Shown here one piece after another: positions 1-13,577 of a stretch of 64,000 bases of DNA. The stretch covers positions 29,016,001 through 29,080,000 of the forward strand of contig OZ024742.1 in the NCBI GenBank assembly GCA_964016885.1, written 5' to 3'. The stretch comes from Eledone cirrhosa. Taxonomy: Eukaryota. The notes beneath the pieces are model-generated. The model was not told the origin of the DNA and ran no database searches. It saw only the letters and a list, made by a program, of their open reading frames with translations. A program made the translations under genes and the position numbers. Numbering within the stretch: position 1 is the stretch's first letter; the number at the start of each line of letters is the position of its first letter.

Positions 1-481
1 TTGAAAACACGTGTGAAGAGGTCAGCACTCAAAAAACTATTACAAAATATCTCTGTAAGACTACAAAAATATCTAGCGAAGAATAATGGAGAGCTAACAT
101 ATATAACTGCAGAAGAAAAAAAAATGTATTCTGTCTCCAGGGAAGCCAACAAATACAAAGCAGACTGCAATGACAGATAGTTATGAGTAAAAATGGGAAA
201 CCACAGAAATTTTGGAAAGGCTTAAATCTGAGATAAAAATGGGCCTACAGAATGCCATGATAAAGTAATGGTGAGACCTGAAAAAACTGAAGAAGGTAGA
301 AATCGAAGACTGAAACTGGAGGATTGCTGTCTGGGGCACAATATAAAGGGGTTTTCGTTAGAAGCCACTAAAAATATGTCTTGAATCAAAATAGCTGAAA
401 TATGTTTTTAAAAATTTGATATCATTGGCATGTTCCCAAGGTTGTCACATTAAAATATTTATTGTGAATTACTGTTATAAT

Positions 482-669
482 TGTTTCTACTTTTGGCACA
501 AGACCAGCAACTACCCAGTGCATTACTGGTACTATATTTTATCGACCCCGTAAGAATGAAAGGCAAAGTTAACCTCGGTGGGATTTGAACTCAAAATGGC
601 AAGGGCCGTAACTCTGTGTCAAAGCATGGCGTCCGACTCTCTACCGATACTGCCAATCCACCGCCCTTA
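482..669 (-). mobile_element. tRNA-derived SINE (octopus OK/OR-like)
   Basis: Reverse strand reads GGCGGTGGATTGGCAGTATCGG (A-box-like) ... GAGTTCAAATCCC (B-box), then CGAGGTTAACTTTGCCTTTCAT..GGGGTCGATAAAAT..GTACCAGT. The same body recurs at about 4.0, 4.2, 12.3, 12.5 and 12.7 kb. Family name is from memory. Confidence 0.8.
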
Positions 670-730
670 TAATGTTGACAGAGTTTGAGAAATAAGTCTG
701 ATGGTCAACATTAAGCCTGCTCAGTCTCGT

Positions 731-1018
731 TGTGACCTAATGGTAAGAGGGTTGAACATGCGATCAAAATGTAGTGGGCTCGATTCCTGGACTGGGTTGA
801 GTGTTGCATTCTTGAGCAAAACACTTCATTGCACGTTGCTCCAGTATAGTCACCTGAAAATGAGTACCAACAATAGCTGGGGCGAGAGTTAACCCTACTG
901 TGGACTGGTGTCCTGTCCAGGAGAGAGTCTTGTACTTTCAGTCTATTCACGTCACGGAAACCGGGATAAGCATCAATCTGACGAGCCTCCAGGCTTCAGA
1001 CAGACTTTAGATCTTTAA
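731..1018 (+). mobile_element. tRNA-derived SINE, second family with a conserved central domain
   Basis: tRNA-like head (GTGACCTAATGGTAAGAG...CTCGATTCC), then GTGTTGCATTCTTGAGCAAAACACTT..CACGTTGCTCCAG, shared with 3548-3685 and 4495-4600. The 3' part GGAAACCGGGATAAGC resembles widespread invertebrate SINE tails. Confidence 0.7.
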
Positions 1019-1496
1019 TCTAGCCTTAGATTTTGTAGATTCTGTGATAACTATATGTTAAATGTTTTTAAACACTCTGTATATGGAGATAGGGAAGGAT
1101 AAAATATCACATTTACTCTTGTTGTCTATTTTTCTTGGCCTAAAGAAAATACATCTACAAGAACGACAAGACAAGAGCTTTCATAGACTACGTTATGCAA
1201 TATTATGAAATATTGCAACAGAATAAAGGTTAAGCATACACCACAAACGTTTTAAGAGATTACCACATCGACTATAAACAGCAGTATGAAAATGTAGCAA
1301 TGCCGTGAGTAAGGGAAATTAAAGGTAACCTGCCAGAGTTATTATCCAGGTAAATCAGGTAAGAAATTGTCTCCTATCAGGGCCAACAGACAATGTCTTG
1401 CTTTATATTTGACAATAATAATCGAACTCATAATAGGGAACACTAGACGGCAACAGTATGGAGTTATATAGCTCATAATGGTTATATATATATATG

Positions 1497-1730
1497 TACA
1501 CATTCGTTTTTGAATTTGTTTTGCGAGACTTATCTGAAAACGTGTGTTGAAGCAGATATTGTTATACTTTGGGAGGGTCATGTTGCCAATAAAAACACGC
1601 GCACCTGTTTGTTTTCACTTCAATTATTATAAATTTCCGGTTGGCTGGTTGGTTCGATAACGGGAAGGCTGCTTATATATTGTCAAAGCTCTTTCGTCAC
1701 ACATTCTGAGACCTCCTCAGTGACTAGGTT
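1497..1730 (-). mobile_element. PLE tail fragment (family E') with hammerhead motif at 1682-1724
   Basis: Shares ATGACCCTCCCAAAGTATAACAATAT with the tail of the PLE at 21856-24902 and with 60112-60170. The minus strand reads GTCA CTGAGGA GGTC..GAC GAAA GAGC TT TGAC. Confidence 0.7.
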
Positions 1731-1833
1731 TTTATTTTTTATCTTGTGTCTCTCTCCTTTGTCCTGTCGTACGCCATCTTCATATATATATATATATATA
1801 TATGCAGAGAGAGAGGGTGGGAGATCGCTATAT

Positions 1834-1941
<108 letters not shown>

Positions 1942-2840
1942 ATACATATATAAACATACATATACCGCAATGTGGTAAAATAAATATATACACACACAAA
2001 TGTTATATATATGTACAAACACATGCTATATATGCACACATACACGTTATATATACATACATACACGTTATTTATTTATATATATATATATGCCGTGTAG
2101 TGGTTATATACCACCATGTGACATATAACTTAAAGCTACTCAATCACTGTATACTCGGCTAAGATTTAAGTGTCTTGGTCATGACCAAATCGCTGTGCCA
2201 TTAACAAAATACAAATTCTCATGATGTGTCAACTATATTTTTATTTCATATTTTCAATCTGCATTGCTATCTTTTTATTTAACTCCGTTATATTTTCTTA
2301 TATATATTAAATGCAATTCTATGGTATTACTTAAATGTAAAATTTAAAGGAAGAGTTTTAAATCCATAGATTTAATGCAAATGGAATTAAAATCGATTCT
2401 TATTAACCAAGCACTGTGTGACAATGTGCTGACCCCACAGGGTTTATAGATGTATATAATTTAGCAATTTACAAGGTTTGCCAGCAGTTTAAAAAAAAAT
2501 TAAAATTATCTGCGAGTTTAATAATATTTCATTCTTTGCAAAGATCAGCATTTACTGAATTTGCTACAGAATTTCTCATTTTTAGATGAGAGTTGGTACA
2601 GCATTCCGCTATTAGCATTGCTTTCTGCGTCAATTTTATTAAATTGTGCGCTACGCAACCGAATTAAATGATAAAGTTATTTTTATTTGTATGTATACAG
2701 TATATAGGTAACCGAGACTGCCTAAAAGTGTGTAGAAACTTACACATTGGTCGTATATAGACATCTGTAAATTTATATACAGGTGTACGCAGTCCCGATT
2801 ATATCGCTACTGTATGTGTATGTATGTGTATATATATATA

Positions 2841-3257
2841 ACGGCGATGAATTAGTTTTGCGAGGTTTTTGATATGAAATCGTGCGTCGAAGCAAATATT
2901 GTTATGCTTGGGGAGGGTCATATTTGTGTAATGATATTGCCAGAATTAATAACAGAACACACTCACTGTTTGGTTGGTTTTCGCTTCTGTGTCTTTTATA
3001 TCGGTTATTTTAATTTATTCGGTCCTCAATGTTACCATTGACTGAACAACGGTCTAAAATACAGATATAATATAGACACAAACACATATATATATAGTCT
3101 AACAAAGTTCTTTCGTTGCACATCTGCAACATCGTCAGTGGTGCTATTATGTTTCCGATATAAAAGAAGTTAAAGCCAACCCGACAGTGAGTGTGTTCTG
3201 TTATTAATTCTGGCAATATTATTATACAAATATGACCCTCCCCAAGTATAACAATAT
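2841..3257 (-). mobile_element. PLE tail (family E) with inverted short arm; hammerhead motif at 3101-3143
   Basis: 2841-3147 is the reverse complement of about 24590-24902. 3155-3257 is an inverted partial copy of 2896-3004. Short (TA)n flanks both sides. Confidence 0.8.
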
Positions 3258-3547
3258 ATATATAACGGGAGAGGAGATGGTCTCCGCCAGGTAGAAAAAT
3301 GCCCTAGAAACGCCGTATAACAATATGGTGCCCCTACGAATCCCTCGGAAGTTAAGGGTTCATAATACACACACATACATAAACACATACATACACACAC
3401 ACATACATAACTTTACCGTTTTTATTGTACAACAACCTTCCATGACAATTTAGTTTACGAAAGGAACAATGTTTTCAGATATGTTCTATCAATCAGGAGA
3501 GCTATACATACTAACTTAGGATTTATCATATTTTCCTTACTTCCCCC

Positions 3548-3685
3548 ATAGCTTAGCGGTTATTGGCTCGAGCATTGGGTTTTCAATCGAAAGGTTGTGA
3601 GTTCTCGGACTGGGTGATGTGTTGTTTCCTTGAGCAAGACACTTTATTTCACGTTGCTCCAGTTTACTCAGCTGTAGGAATGAGA
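3548..3685 (+). mobile_element. SINE fragment (same family as 731-1018)
   Basis: GTGTTGTTTCCTTGAGCAAGACACTTTATTTCACGTTGCTCCAG core after a degenerate tRNA-like head. Confidence 0.65.
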
Positions 3686-3990
3686 TGATAGGACTGGGGT
3701 CCCTATCATTAAATTACCCAAGACACCTCCAACGAGATATACCTTGGAGGATCCCTGCTAAACCTGCATAAGTGTGAGCTGTCACACACACACAGACTTC
3801 CTCCATAGTGTTGAGTCCTGGTGGTACATTGGTGCCTTGTGGTAGTGTTTTACGTTCATTTAAGTGCATTATTCACATACTGTTGAGGTTGAATTTGTCT
3901 TTACTCCATGTTTCAACTTTGCTTCTTGTTCTTCTTGGATCGATAAACTATCAGTCTAGTAGTAAAATCGATAATATTGAAGTGAGAAAT

Positions 3991-4600
3991 AATGGTTTCT
4001 GATTTAGGCACAGGGTCAACAATTTTTAAGGGAGGGGAAAGTTGATTATATCGACCCCAATACGTGACTAGTACTTTATTTTATCGACCCCGAACGCATG
4101 AAAAGCAAAGCTAACTTTGACGAGATTTGAACTCATAGGAAATATGTTACTAGTGGGGTGATGGACTTATAGAATCGGTTAAGTTTCGGACCAAGAATTT
4201 GCGTACAAGGACCGTCGTAGCCAGCTTTGCATTTCATCCTTCTGGGGTCGATAAAATAACAGTCCATTCAAGTACTGGATAGATATAATCGAGGAGGAGG
4301 AACAGCAGCCGCCGCCGACGCTTCAATTCGACACGATATATATTCCACCAATCTAACGGTATTTTATTTCATAGACCTTGGAAAAACTGAAATGCAAAGT
4401 TGACCATAGGATTTGAACACATAAGGCTTTTTTTCCCCTTACGCTCATCCCGCTCCACGGATTTTCTGATTTTATAAATCACAGTGAAGAAAGATAGCTT
4501 AGTATTTGGAGAATTGGATTTACAATGGTAAGGTTGCGAGTTCGATTCCCGGACCGAGTGATGCATTCTGTCAGTGAGCACGACATTATTTCACGTTGCT
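3991..4600. mobile_element. Cluster of degenerate SINE fragments on both strands
   Basis: ATCGACCCC..ATGAAAAGCAAAG..GATTTGAACTC (minus, 3991-4135); TTTGCATTTCATCCTTCTGGGGTCGATAAAATAA (plus, about 4154-4292); minus fragment about 4360-4420; GAGTTCGATTCCC..TTTCACGTTGCTCC (plus, 4495-4600). Confidence 0.65.
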
Positions 4601-5249
4601 CCTTCTTGCGGTAGATAGTATCAGTAATGAAAAGACCAATGGAAACATTGTTTCTTTGGTCTTATTTGACGAGTTCTCCCTACCTCGGTAACCGGATGAG
4701 GTCTGGGATCTTGTTGATCGATTCCTATAAATCACAGGACACAAGAAAGGGTGAATTGAGAAATATTGACCCAAGAGGCAAGGATAACAACATAATTCAA
4801 AGAACAACTGACGCCTTTTCTATCTAGAAATATATATTAAAACATGCATTCTATTGGGTTCTTGGTTTTTGCTTACATTTCTATTATATATGTTACACAC
4901 ATACAAAGGCACACCACATACAAAAGCCCACACACAATCAGGCGCACACAGACACACACAAAGGCCCACACACACACATACGCAAGCACGCACACACAGA
5001 CCTACACGCATACATAGACACGCACACACACAGAGGGCCACACTCATAAAAGGATGTATTGATAAAAACATGTACAATATATAATTGAATACCTTATACA
5101 TTTGTATGTAAACAATGCTTCCATGTTGATATAGATATTTCATGATCAACATAGATTTGTTGAACCACATATTCATATGCATAGCAATCTGCTATATAGT
5201 TATAGAAGCTTATATACATACACATTCATACACACACACACTCTCTCTT

Positions 5250-5260
5250 TCTCTCTCAAC

Positions 5261-5305
<45 letters not shown>

Positions 5306-5458
5306 GTGATATGTATATACGGAGATGATAGATAGATAGATAAATATACACATGACATATATATATGTTAAAAATGTGTTAAATATATATATATATATAA
5401 ATATATGATATATGATATATATATATATATATGTGTGTGTGTGTTAAAAATGTGTTTG

Positions 5459-5491
<33 letters not shown>

Positions 5492-6055
5492 GTGTTTAAA
5501 ATGTGTTTGAATATATATATATATATATATATGCGTATATATAAATATATGATATATATATATATATATATATATGCGTACATATAAATATATGATATAT
5601 ATATATATATGCGTATATATAAATATATGATATATGTATATATATATATGCGTATATATAAATATATGATATATATATATATATGCGTATATATAAATAT
5701 ATGATATATATATGCGTATATATAAATATATATATATATATATATGCGTATATACACATAGGTATTCATATATATAGGCTTTGTACTCATATGCATATAC
5801 GTATAAAATCATGTATATATACATGTGCATAATTCCCTATATAAATGCATAGCTATAACGACTATACCCACACCACCATACACTCACAAATGTACACTCG
5901 CGAACTAGTTTACACACACACAGACACACACACACGCACACACATACAGACACGGACACACACACATACACATACACACACACACACATACACACACACA
6001 TACAGACACACACACATACACATACAGACACACACACAGACACACACACATACAG

Positions 6056-6086
<31 letters not shown>

Positions 6087-6590
6087 GACACACAGACAGA
6101 CACACATACATACAGACACACACACACACATACGGACACACAGACATACAGACACACACACATAGACATGCAGACACACACACATACACACACACATACA
6201 GACACACACACACACACACCCACACACATACATACACACAGACACAGACACACACATACAGACACACACATACAGACACACACAAACAAACGACCAAGAA
6301 CGCGCATGTATCCTATGAATCAATATTCCACGTATATGGAGACGTAGATCTAAATATACACTCAAACACATACATAGACATACACTACATATATACATAC
6401 ATATATATATATACAGAACATATACAGACATACAATACATAATCACACAGAGGGACATACAGTACATAAACACACGGATATACAATACATACACACGCTC
6501 AGATGTAGAGTACATATATACACACACATAGGCAGCACCTGCACACACAGAGATATACATTCATACAATACATAATTACCCACATATACA
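5250..6590. repeat. Compound (TA)n/(CA)n microsatellite with ATGCGTATATATAAATATATG higher-order units
   Basis: Read directly from the sequence. Confidence 0.9.
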
Positions 6591-8459
6591 GTACATACAC
6601 ATACAGTATATACACAGTACACAAACAGTACATACACATACAATACATACACATACACTACATACACATACAGTACATACCCATACAGTACATACACATA
6701 CAGCATATACACACACAGTACATACACATACAGTACATATATATACAGTACATACACATACAGTACATACACATACAGTACATATAGATACAGTACATAT
6801 ACAGTATATATACATACAGTATATATACAGTATATATACAGTACATATACATACAGTATATATACAGTATATATACAGTACATATACATACAGTATATAT
6901 ACATACAGTATATATACAGTATATATACAGTATATATACAGTACATATACATACAGTATATATACAGTAGATATACATACAGTATATATACAGTAGATAT
7001 ACATACAGTAGATATACAGTACATATACATACAGTACATATACAGTACATATAGATACAGTACATATACAGTACATATACATACAGTACATATACATACA
7101 GTACATATATATACAGTACATATATATACAGTACATAAACATACAGTACATATATATACAGTACATATATATACAGTACATATATATACAGTACATATAC
7201 AGTACATATATATATATATACAGTACATATATATACAGTACATATACAGTACATATATATATATATATACAGTACATATACAGTACATATACAGTACATA
7301 TATATACAGTACATATATATATATACAGTACATATATATACAGTACATATACATACAGTACATATATATATACAGTACATATACATACAGTACATATATA
7401 TATACAGTACATATACATACAGTACATATATATATACAGTACATATGTATACAGTACATACATATACAGTACATATACATACAGTACATATACAGTACAT
7501 ATATATATACAGTACATATATATATACAGTACATATATATTTATACAGTACATATATATACAGTACATATATATACAGTACATATATATATATACAGTAC
7601 ATATATATATACAGTACATATATATACAGTACATATATATACAGTACATATATATACAGTACATATATATACAGTACATATACATACAGTACATATATAT
7701 ATATACAGTACATATACATACAGTACATATGCATACAGTACATATGCATACAGTACATATACAGTACATATATATATATATATATATATACAGCACATAT
7801 ATATACAGTACACATATATATACAGTACATATATATATATATACAGTACATATATATACAGTACATATACATAAAGTACATATATATATACAGTACATAT
7901 ACAGCACATATATATATATATACAGTACATATATATACAGTACATATATACACAGTACATATACATACAGTACATATACAGTACATATGTATACAGTACA
8001 TATATATATACAGTACATATACATACAGTACATATACATTACATATATATATATATACAGTACATATACATACAGTACATATACAGTACATATGTATACA
8101 GTACATATATATACAGTACATATACATACAGTACATATACATTACATATATATATATACAGTACATATATATACAGTACATATATATATACAGTACATAT
8201 ACATACAGTACATATACAGTACATATATATATATATATACAGTACATATATATACAGTACATATATATACAGTACATATATATACAGTACATATACATAC
8301 AGTACATATACATACAGTACATATACAGTACATATATATATATATATATATATATACAGCACATATATATATATACAGTACATATATATACAGTACATAT
8401 ATATATACAGTACATATATATATACAGTACATATATATATACAGTACATATACAGTACA
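6590..8459. repeat. Minisatellite of about 1.9 kb, unit TACAGTAC(AT)n
   Basis: A constant CAGTA core is spaced by variable AT runs. It produces the long YC/TV pseudo-ORFs. Confidence 0.95.
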
Positions 8460-8889
8460 AAGGCGGAATGGAAAGTTTCTGTATTCCAATGTGTTGCACA
8501 TACAAATTCTACCTATGGCAATTCTTTCACAATCATTGAATCGATAGAGCCACGTGACTATATGATATCGTTGGATCAAAAATTATTGGCAGATTTAGGC
8601 GGTCTTTGTAGAGAGCTAGAGGTTATTAAAGGGACATTTTAAATATTAGATATATGGAGGGGGTAGACTTATTGTAAACTACGGTCTGCTTGATGTATTC
8701 TTTAGAATTCATGTTTAATATGTGATTTCATATTAAGAACGTTTTCACAATCTCTTCTCTCTATCACCAAATAAATCCATAAATAAAGCTTAATAAATCT
8801 AACTCCAGCTAAAGTCTTTAACTAAATCTAGACACGACACTCATATCTCACCTTCCCTAATCTATGCTCCCAAACTAAAATACTTAACT

Positions 8890-9056
8890 AAAGCTATAGA
8901 CCCTAACTAAATATGTTGACCCTAGCTAAAGTAAATCCGACCTAAAGATGTAGACCTTATTAGAGATGCAGACCTTAACTAAAGATGCAGACCTTAACTA
9001 AAGATGCAGACCTTAACTAAAGATGTAGACCTTAACTAAAGATGTAAGCCCTAACA
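8890..9056. repeat. 19-bp minisatellite AGATGCAGACCTTAACTAA
   Basis: Several near-perfect copies at about 8945-9050, decaying leftwards. Confidence 0.9.
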
Positions 9057-9107
9057 AAATCTAAAGATCCAATGTAAATCTAAATATGTTATCTATATAA
9101 TGCCTTG

Positions 9108-9606
9108 GCTGTATCGACAGGAGTTCGCTGTATCGACAGGAGTTCGCCTTATCGATAGGAGTTCGCTGTATCGACAGGAGTTCGCTGTATCGACAGGCCT
9201 TCTCTGTATCGACAGGCCTTCGCTGTATCGACAGGCTTTCGCTGTATCGACAGGCCCTCTCTGTATCGACAAGCCTTCGCTGTATCGACAGGAGTTCGCT
9301 CTATCGACAGGAGTTCGCTCTATCGACAGGAGTTCGCTGTATCGACAGGCCTTCTCTGTATAGACAGGCCTTCGCTGAATCGACAGGTCTTCTCTGTATC
9401 GACAGGCCTTCGCTGTATCGACAGGAGTTCGCTGAATCGACAGGTCTTCTCTGTATCGACAGGCCTTCGCTGTATCGACAGGCCTTCGCTGTATCGACAG
9501 GAGTTCGCTGTATCGACAGGAGTTCGCTGTGTCGAAAGAAGTTCGCTCTATCGACAGAAGTTCGCTGTATCGACAGGCCTTCGCTGTACTGTTAGGCCTT
9601 TGCTAT
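9108..9606. repeat. 19-bp minisatellite GCTGTATCGACAGG(AG/CC)TTC, about 25 copies
   Basis: Read directly; two interleaved unit variants. Confidence 0.95.
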
Positions 9607-9825
9607 GTGAATTGTACACAGGGGTCGACAAGGAATTCTTTTGTTTCAGCTAGATATTAGAATATAGAATAGTCTCAGTCCACTTAACTGTATGGTGGCA
9701 CCACCCCTAGATGGTCTTGACTTAAGATCAAGAGTGACATTCATAACATTTTCTTTACTAAAACATTTATATAGATAGAGACAGACATATATTCACGGTT
9801 ATACTATATAGATATGTGATAGAAG

Positions 9826-10360
9826 AGCATGTGTGGTCGAGAGAACGTGTGTGGTCGAGAGAACGTGTGTGGGAGAGAGACCGTGTGTGGGGGAGAGACC
9901 GTGTGTGGGTGTGAGAGAGCGTTTGTGGGAGAGAGACCGTGTGTGGATGCGAGAGAGCGTGTGTGGGAGAGAGAGCGTGTGTGGGTGCGAGAGAGCGTGT
10001 GTGGGGGAGAGAGCATGTGTGTGTGGGAGAGAGAGCGTGTGTGGGTGCGAGAAGGCGTGTGTGGGAGAGAGAGCGTGTGTGTGTGTGTGAGAGAGAGAAC
10101 GTGTGTGGATGCGAGCGTGTATGGGTGCGAGAGAACGTGAGAACGTGTGTGGGTGCGTGAGAGCGTGTGTGGGGGAGAGAAAACGTGTGAGGGTGCGAGA
10201 GAACGTGTGTGGGTGCGAGGGAGCGTGTGTGGGGCGAGAGCGTGTGTTGGGGCGAGAGCGTGTGTCGATGAGAGCGTATGTGGGTGCGAGAGAACGTGTG
10301 TGGGTGCGAGAGAGCGTGTGTGGGTGCGAGAGAGCGCGTGTGGGGGGAGAGAGAGTGTGT
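9826..10360. repeat. GA/GT-rich minisatellite of about 20-22 bp (GAGAGAGCGTGTGTGGGTGC)
   Basis: Read directly from the sequence. Confidence 0.9.
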
Positions 10361-10686
10361 TGCTGTATGTATATGGTAAGTGGGGAAACAATTGTAATCA
10401 AGTGAGACTATCCTTACAATTTCACGACTAAAACTTCCTTTAGTTAAGCTATGAAAGAAAGCAAGGGAGGGGGTAACTTTTTATAGCATTTGCTGATTTC
10501 TGGTTTTCATACATTGCACTGAGAGGACCTTCTCCAGGGGCTAACAGGGTAAAAACAACAGGCATATTTCAATCTTATTAGATCTCATCAGCAAAGTATA
10601 CTCACTTTGCAAGTTGGCTTGACAACGTTAGTCTAATAATGATGTATCGGAAAAGAGAAAGAATTGCTTTCTCATATGTATATACG

Positions 10687-10784
<98 letters not shown>

Positions 10785-10814
10785 TATATGCAACCGATTC
10801 TATATATAAACGCC

Positions 10815-11222
10815 TGTATGTATGCTCGTATGCATCTATATATGTATGCGTCTATGTATGTATGCGTCTATATATGTATGCGTCTATATATGTATGCGTC
10901 TATATATGTATGCGTCTATGTATGTATGCGTCTATATATGTATGCGTCTATGTATGTATGCGTCTATATATGTATGCGTCTATGTATGTATGCGTCTATA
11001 TATGTATGCGTCTATGTATGCGTCTATATATGTATGCGTCTATATATGTATGCGTCTATATATGTATGCGTCTATGTATGTATGCGTCTATATATGTATG
11101 CGTCTATGTATGTATGCGTCCATATATGTATGCGTCTATGTATGTATGCGTCTATATATGTATGCGTCTATGTATGTATGCGTCTATGTATGTATGCATA
11201 TATATATGTATGCGTCTATGTG
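10815..11222. repeat. 16-bp minisatellite TATGCGTCTAT(A/G)TATG
   Basis: Read directly from the sequence. Confidence 0.9.
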
Positions 11223-11517
11223 ACTATGTAACTATGTAAGTATGCATGTATGTAACTATGTATGTATGCTCGTATGTATGTATATATATATTATATATAT
11301 ATATATATATATATCAGCACAATATGGGGGTGTTAATGTGTACTTAAAGTTACGTTGTTGATTAACCTTAGTCTATATGGTCAATACATGTTTACATATT
11401 AAACAATGAAGTAGATATACATTCTATAGTTTCTCTCACATTCTTTCTCCTCTATTGTCACTGTCTACAGTGTAGATGTGTGTATATATATATATATACA
11501 CATGTGTGTGTATATAT

Positions 11518-11615
<98 letters not shown>

Positions 11616-11737
11616 ATATGTAGATATATATATATATTCACACACACATAAGTGTATATATAGATATATGTGTGTGTGAATATATATATATATATATATA
11701 TATAAATGTATATATAGATATATGTGCTGTGAATATA

Positions 11738-11812
<75 letters not shown>

Positions 11813-12244
11813 GTATATATAGATATATGTGTGTGTGAATATATATATATATATATATAAGTGTATATTAAGATACATGTGTGTGTGAATATATATATAT
11901 ATATATATATATCATACAGGTAAACAGCTATTCTATAATTTCAGTTTCAATTATGCTGTAATCAACAATAGACATAATTATGTGGTTGAATGTAAGATAT
12001 CGCTGTGAGTGAAGTCTGGAGTAACGGCGTTCCTATATGTGGTATGATATGTGCTGCTCGTTGCACCTGGGAGAGTTGGGGGTCGGGGGGGGGGGGGGCT
12101 CTATACTGATATATGATGTTTGTAGGACATCTCTGTAAACCTAGCAGAGCCCATCTCCTCTCCGGGTCTAAATATAGAAAATTTCTTCCAGAGAAGGATA
12201 TAAAGTGGGAGAAAGGGCCTGAGAAAGAGATATAGAGGAAGAAT

Positions 12245-12897
12245 CAACCCCCAGTACTAGACTGGTACTTTTTTTATTGATTCCAAATTGATCAAAGGCA
12301 AAGATACCCTCGGTGGGATTTGAACTCTGAACTATGGGTTTTATAACAGTGACGTTCTAGAGACATTCTGCAACATATGTGAAGCATGTCTCAGTGCCGA
12401 CTGAATACAAAGAATGGTGTAAATGTGGGACATCTTTTCTGTGGTATTATTGAGGGAAACAAGGCTGGTGGGTTGCCAGTGGAGGGAGAGCGTCGAACAA
12501 TATGCTTCGTAGTATAGGGTTACGTCCCTTTACATTCTTGTCGCGGTTTGCTTTGCCTTTCATCCTTACGATGTCGATACAATAAAGTACCAGTAAAACA
12601 CTGGGGTCGATTTTATATACTTTCTCCTCCGCCCAAATCGTTGGCATTGTGCATCTGTCATGAATTATTATTATTATTAGGGTGGTGGATTGGCTGTATC
12701 TATAGAGTGTCGGACACCATGCTTCGTGGTATAGAGTTACATTCCTTTACGTTCTGTCTACAAACCCGGCCGAGGTTAGGTTTGCCTTTCATCATAACGG
12801 GGTCAATACAATAAAGTACAAGTAACGCACTTGGCCGATTTAACAGACTTTCCTATCCTTTAAAGTTGTTAGCCTTATGCTTAAATCAGAAACCATT
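12245..12897. mobile_element. Three degenerate OK-like SINE copies (12245-12330 minus; about 12470-12655 and 12679-12897 plus)
   Basis: TTTGCCTTTCATC..GTCGATACAATAAAGTACCAGTAA..CACTGGGGTCGAT motif shared with 482-669. Confidence 0.7.
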
Positions 12898-13226
12898 ATA
12901 AACACAAATATAACACAATTTAAGCAACATAATATATATTAAAATGGAGTTAAAATAGAAATGCAATGGAAATTTAAAAGAAAGGTAAATAATTTGCGAA
13001 CATTGGTTGTCTAATTCGATTTTAAAAAATATACAACCTTAAAAAGGTTTGGAGAGTGCTAGATAAGTGGAATTGAAAGAATAGCGAGAGAGAATGGGAG
13101 AGAAAGGGAATAAAACTTCCAAGTAATCAGCCATTATTAATAAAAATTTTATTGATTTTATATATTGTAACTGTATAATGTACATGCATTACATGAAGGA
13201 TTCAAACATGAAACATGCAAATGTAT

Positions 13227-13290
<64 letters not shown>

Positions 13291-13292
<2 letters not shown>

Positions 13293-13487
13293 CGAAGGAA
13301 ATGTGGTAAGGAACCAGGTGGACCATAACGCACCAAAGTACTCAATACTTGAGGTAGTAGAGTGGGTAATAGGAACCAGTAAGACCCCGACAGCTGAGCT
13401 CAAGCCGTTTCGACGGCTAATTCTAATTGAGTCCAGAATTAGCCGTCGAAACGGCTTGAGCTCAGCTGTCGGGGTCTTACTGGTTCC

Positions 13488-13490
<3 letters not shown>
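13291..13490 (-). mobile_element. Miniature foldback insertion: perfect 56-bp arms (13369-13424 / 13435-13490), 10-nt loop and a 78-bp one-sided extension
   Basis: The perfect inverted repeat is read directly and is embedded in (TA)n. Its architecture matches the larger PLE foldbacks; PLE origin is inferred. Confidence 0.75.

Positions 13491-13573
<83 letters not shown>

Positions 13574-13577
<4 letters not shown>

Noticed and set aside
1-350. Purine-rich, coding-like stretch, possibly a decayed LINE fragment
   Set aside because: Multiple stops and no diagnostic motif.
482-1018. tRNA genes suggested by A/B boxes
   Set aside because: No cloverleaf; the boxes are SINE heads followed by repeated SINE bodies.
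4586-4827. Short ORFs in a more complex stretch
   Set aside because: No recognisable motif or convincing splice signals.
5368-8579. Long ORFs (up to 615 aa) of Y/I/C/V/M/T/H, and all similar YIYI ORFs across the window
   Set aside because: They are translations of TA/TG/CA microsatellites, which lack stop codons; there is no protein signal.
9108-9606. CRISPR-like regular repeat with dyad symmetry
   Set aside because: The units abut with no unique spacers, there are no cas genes, and the context is eukaryotic.
10555-10596. Minus-strand CTGATGA GATCT aata AGATT GAAA hammerhead-like motif
   Set aside because: No UH site or helix I partner follows GAAA; at best a decayed remnant.
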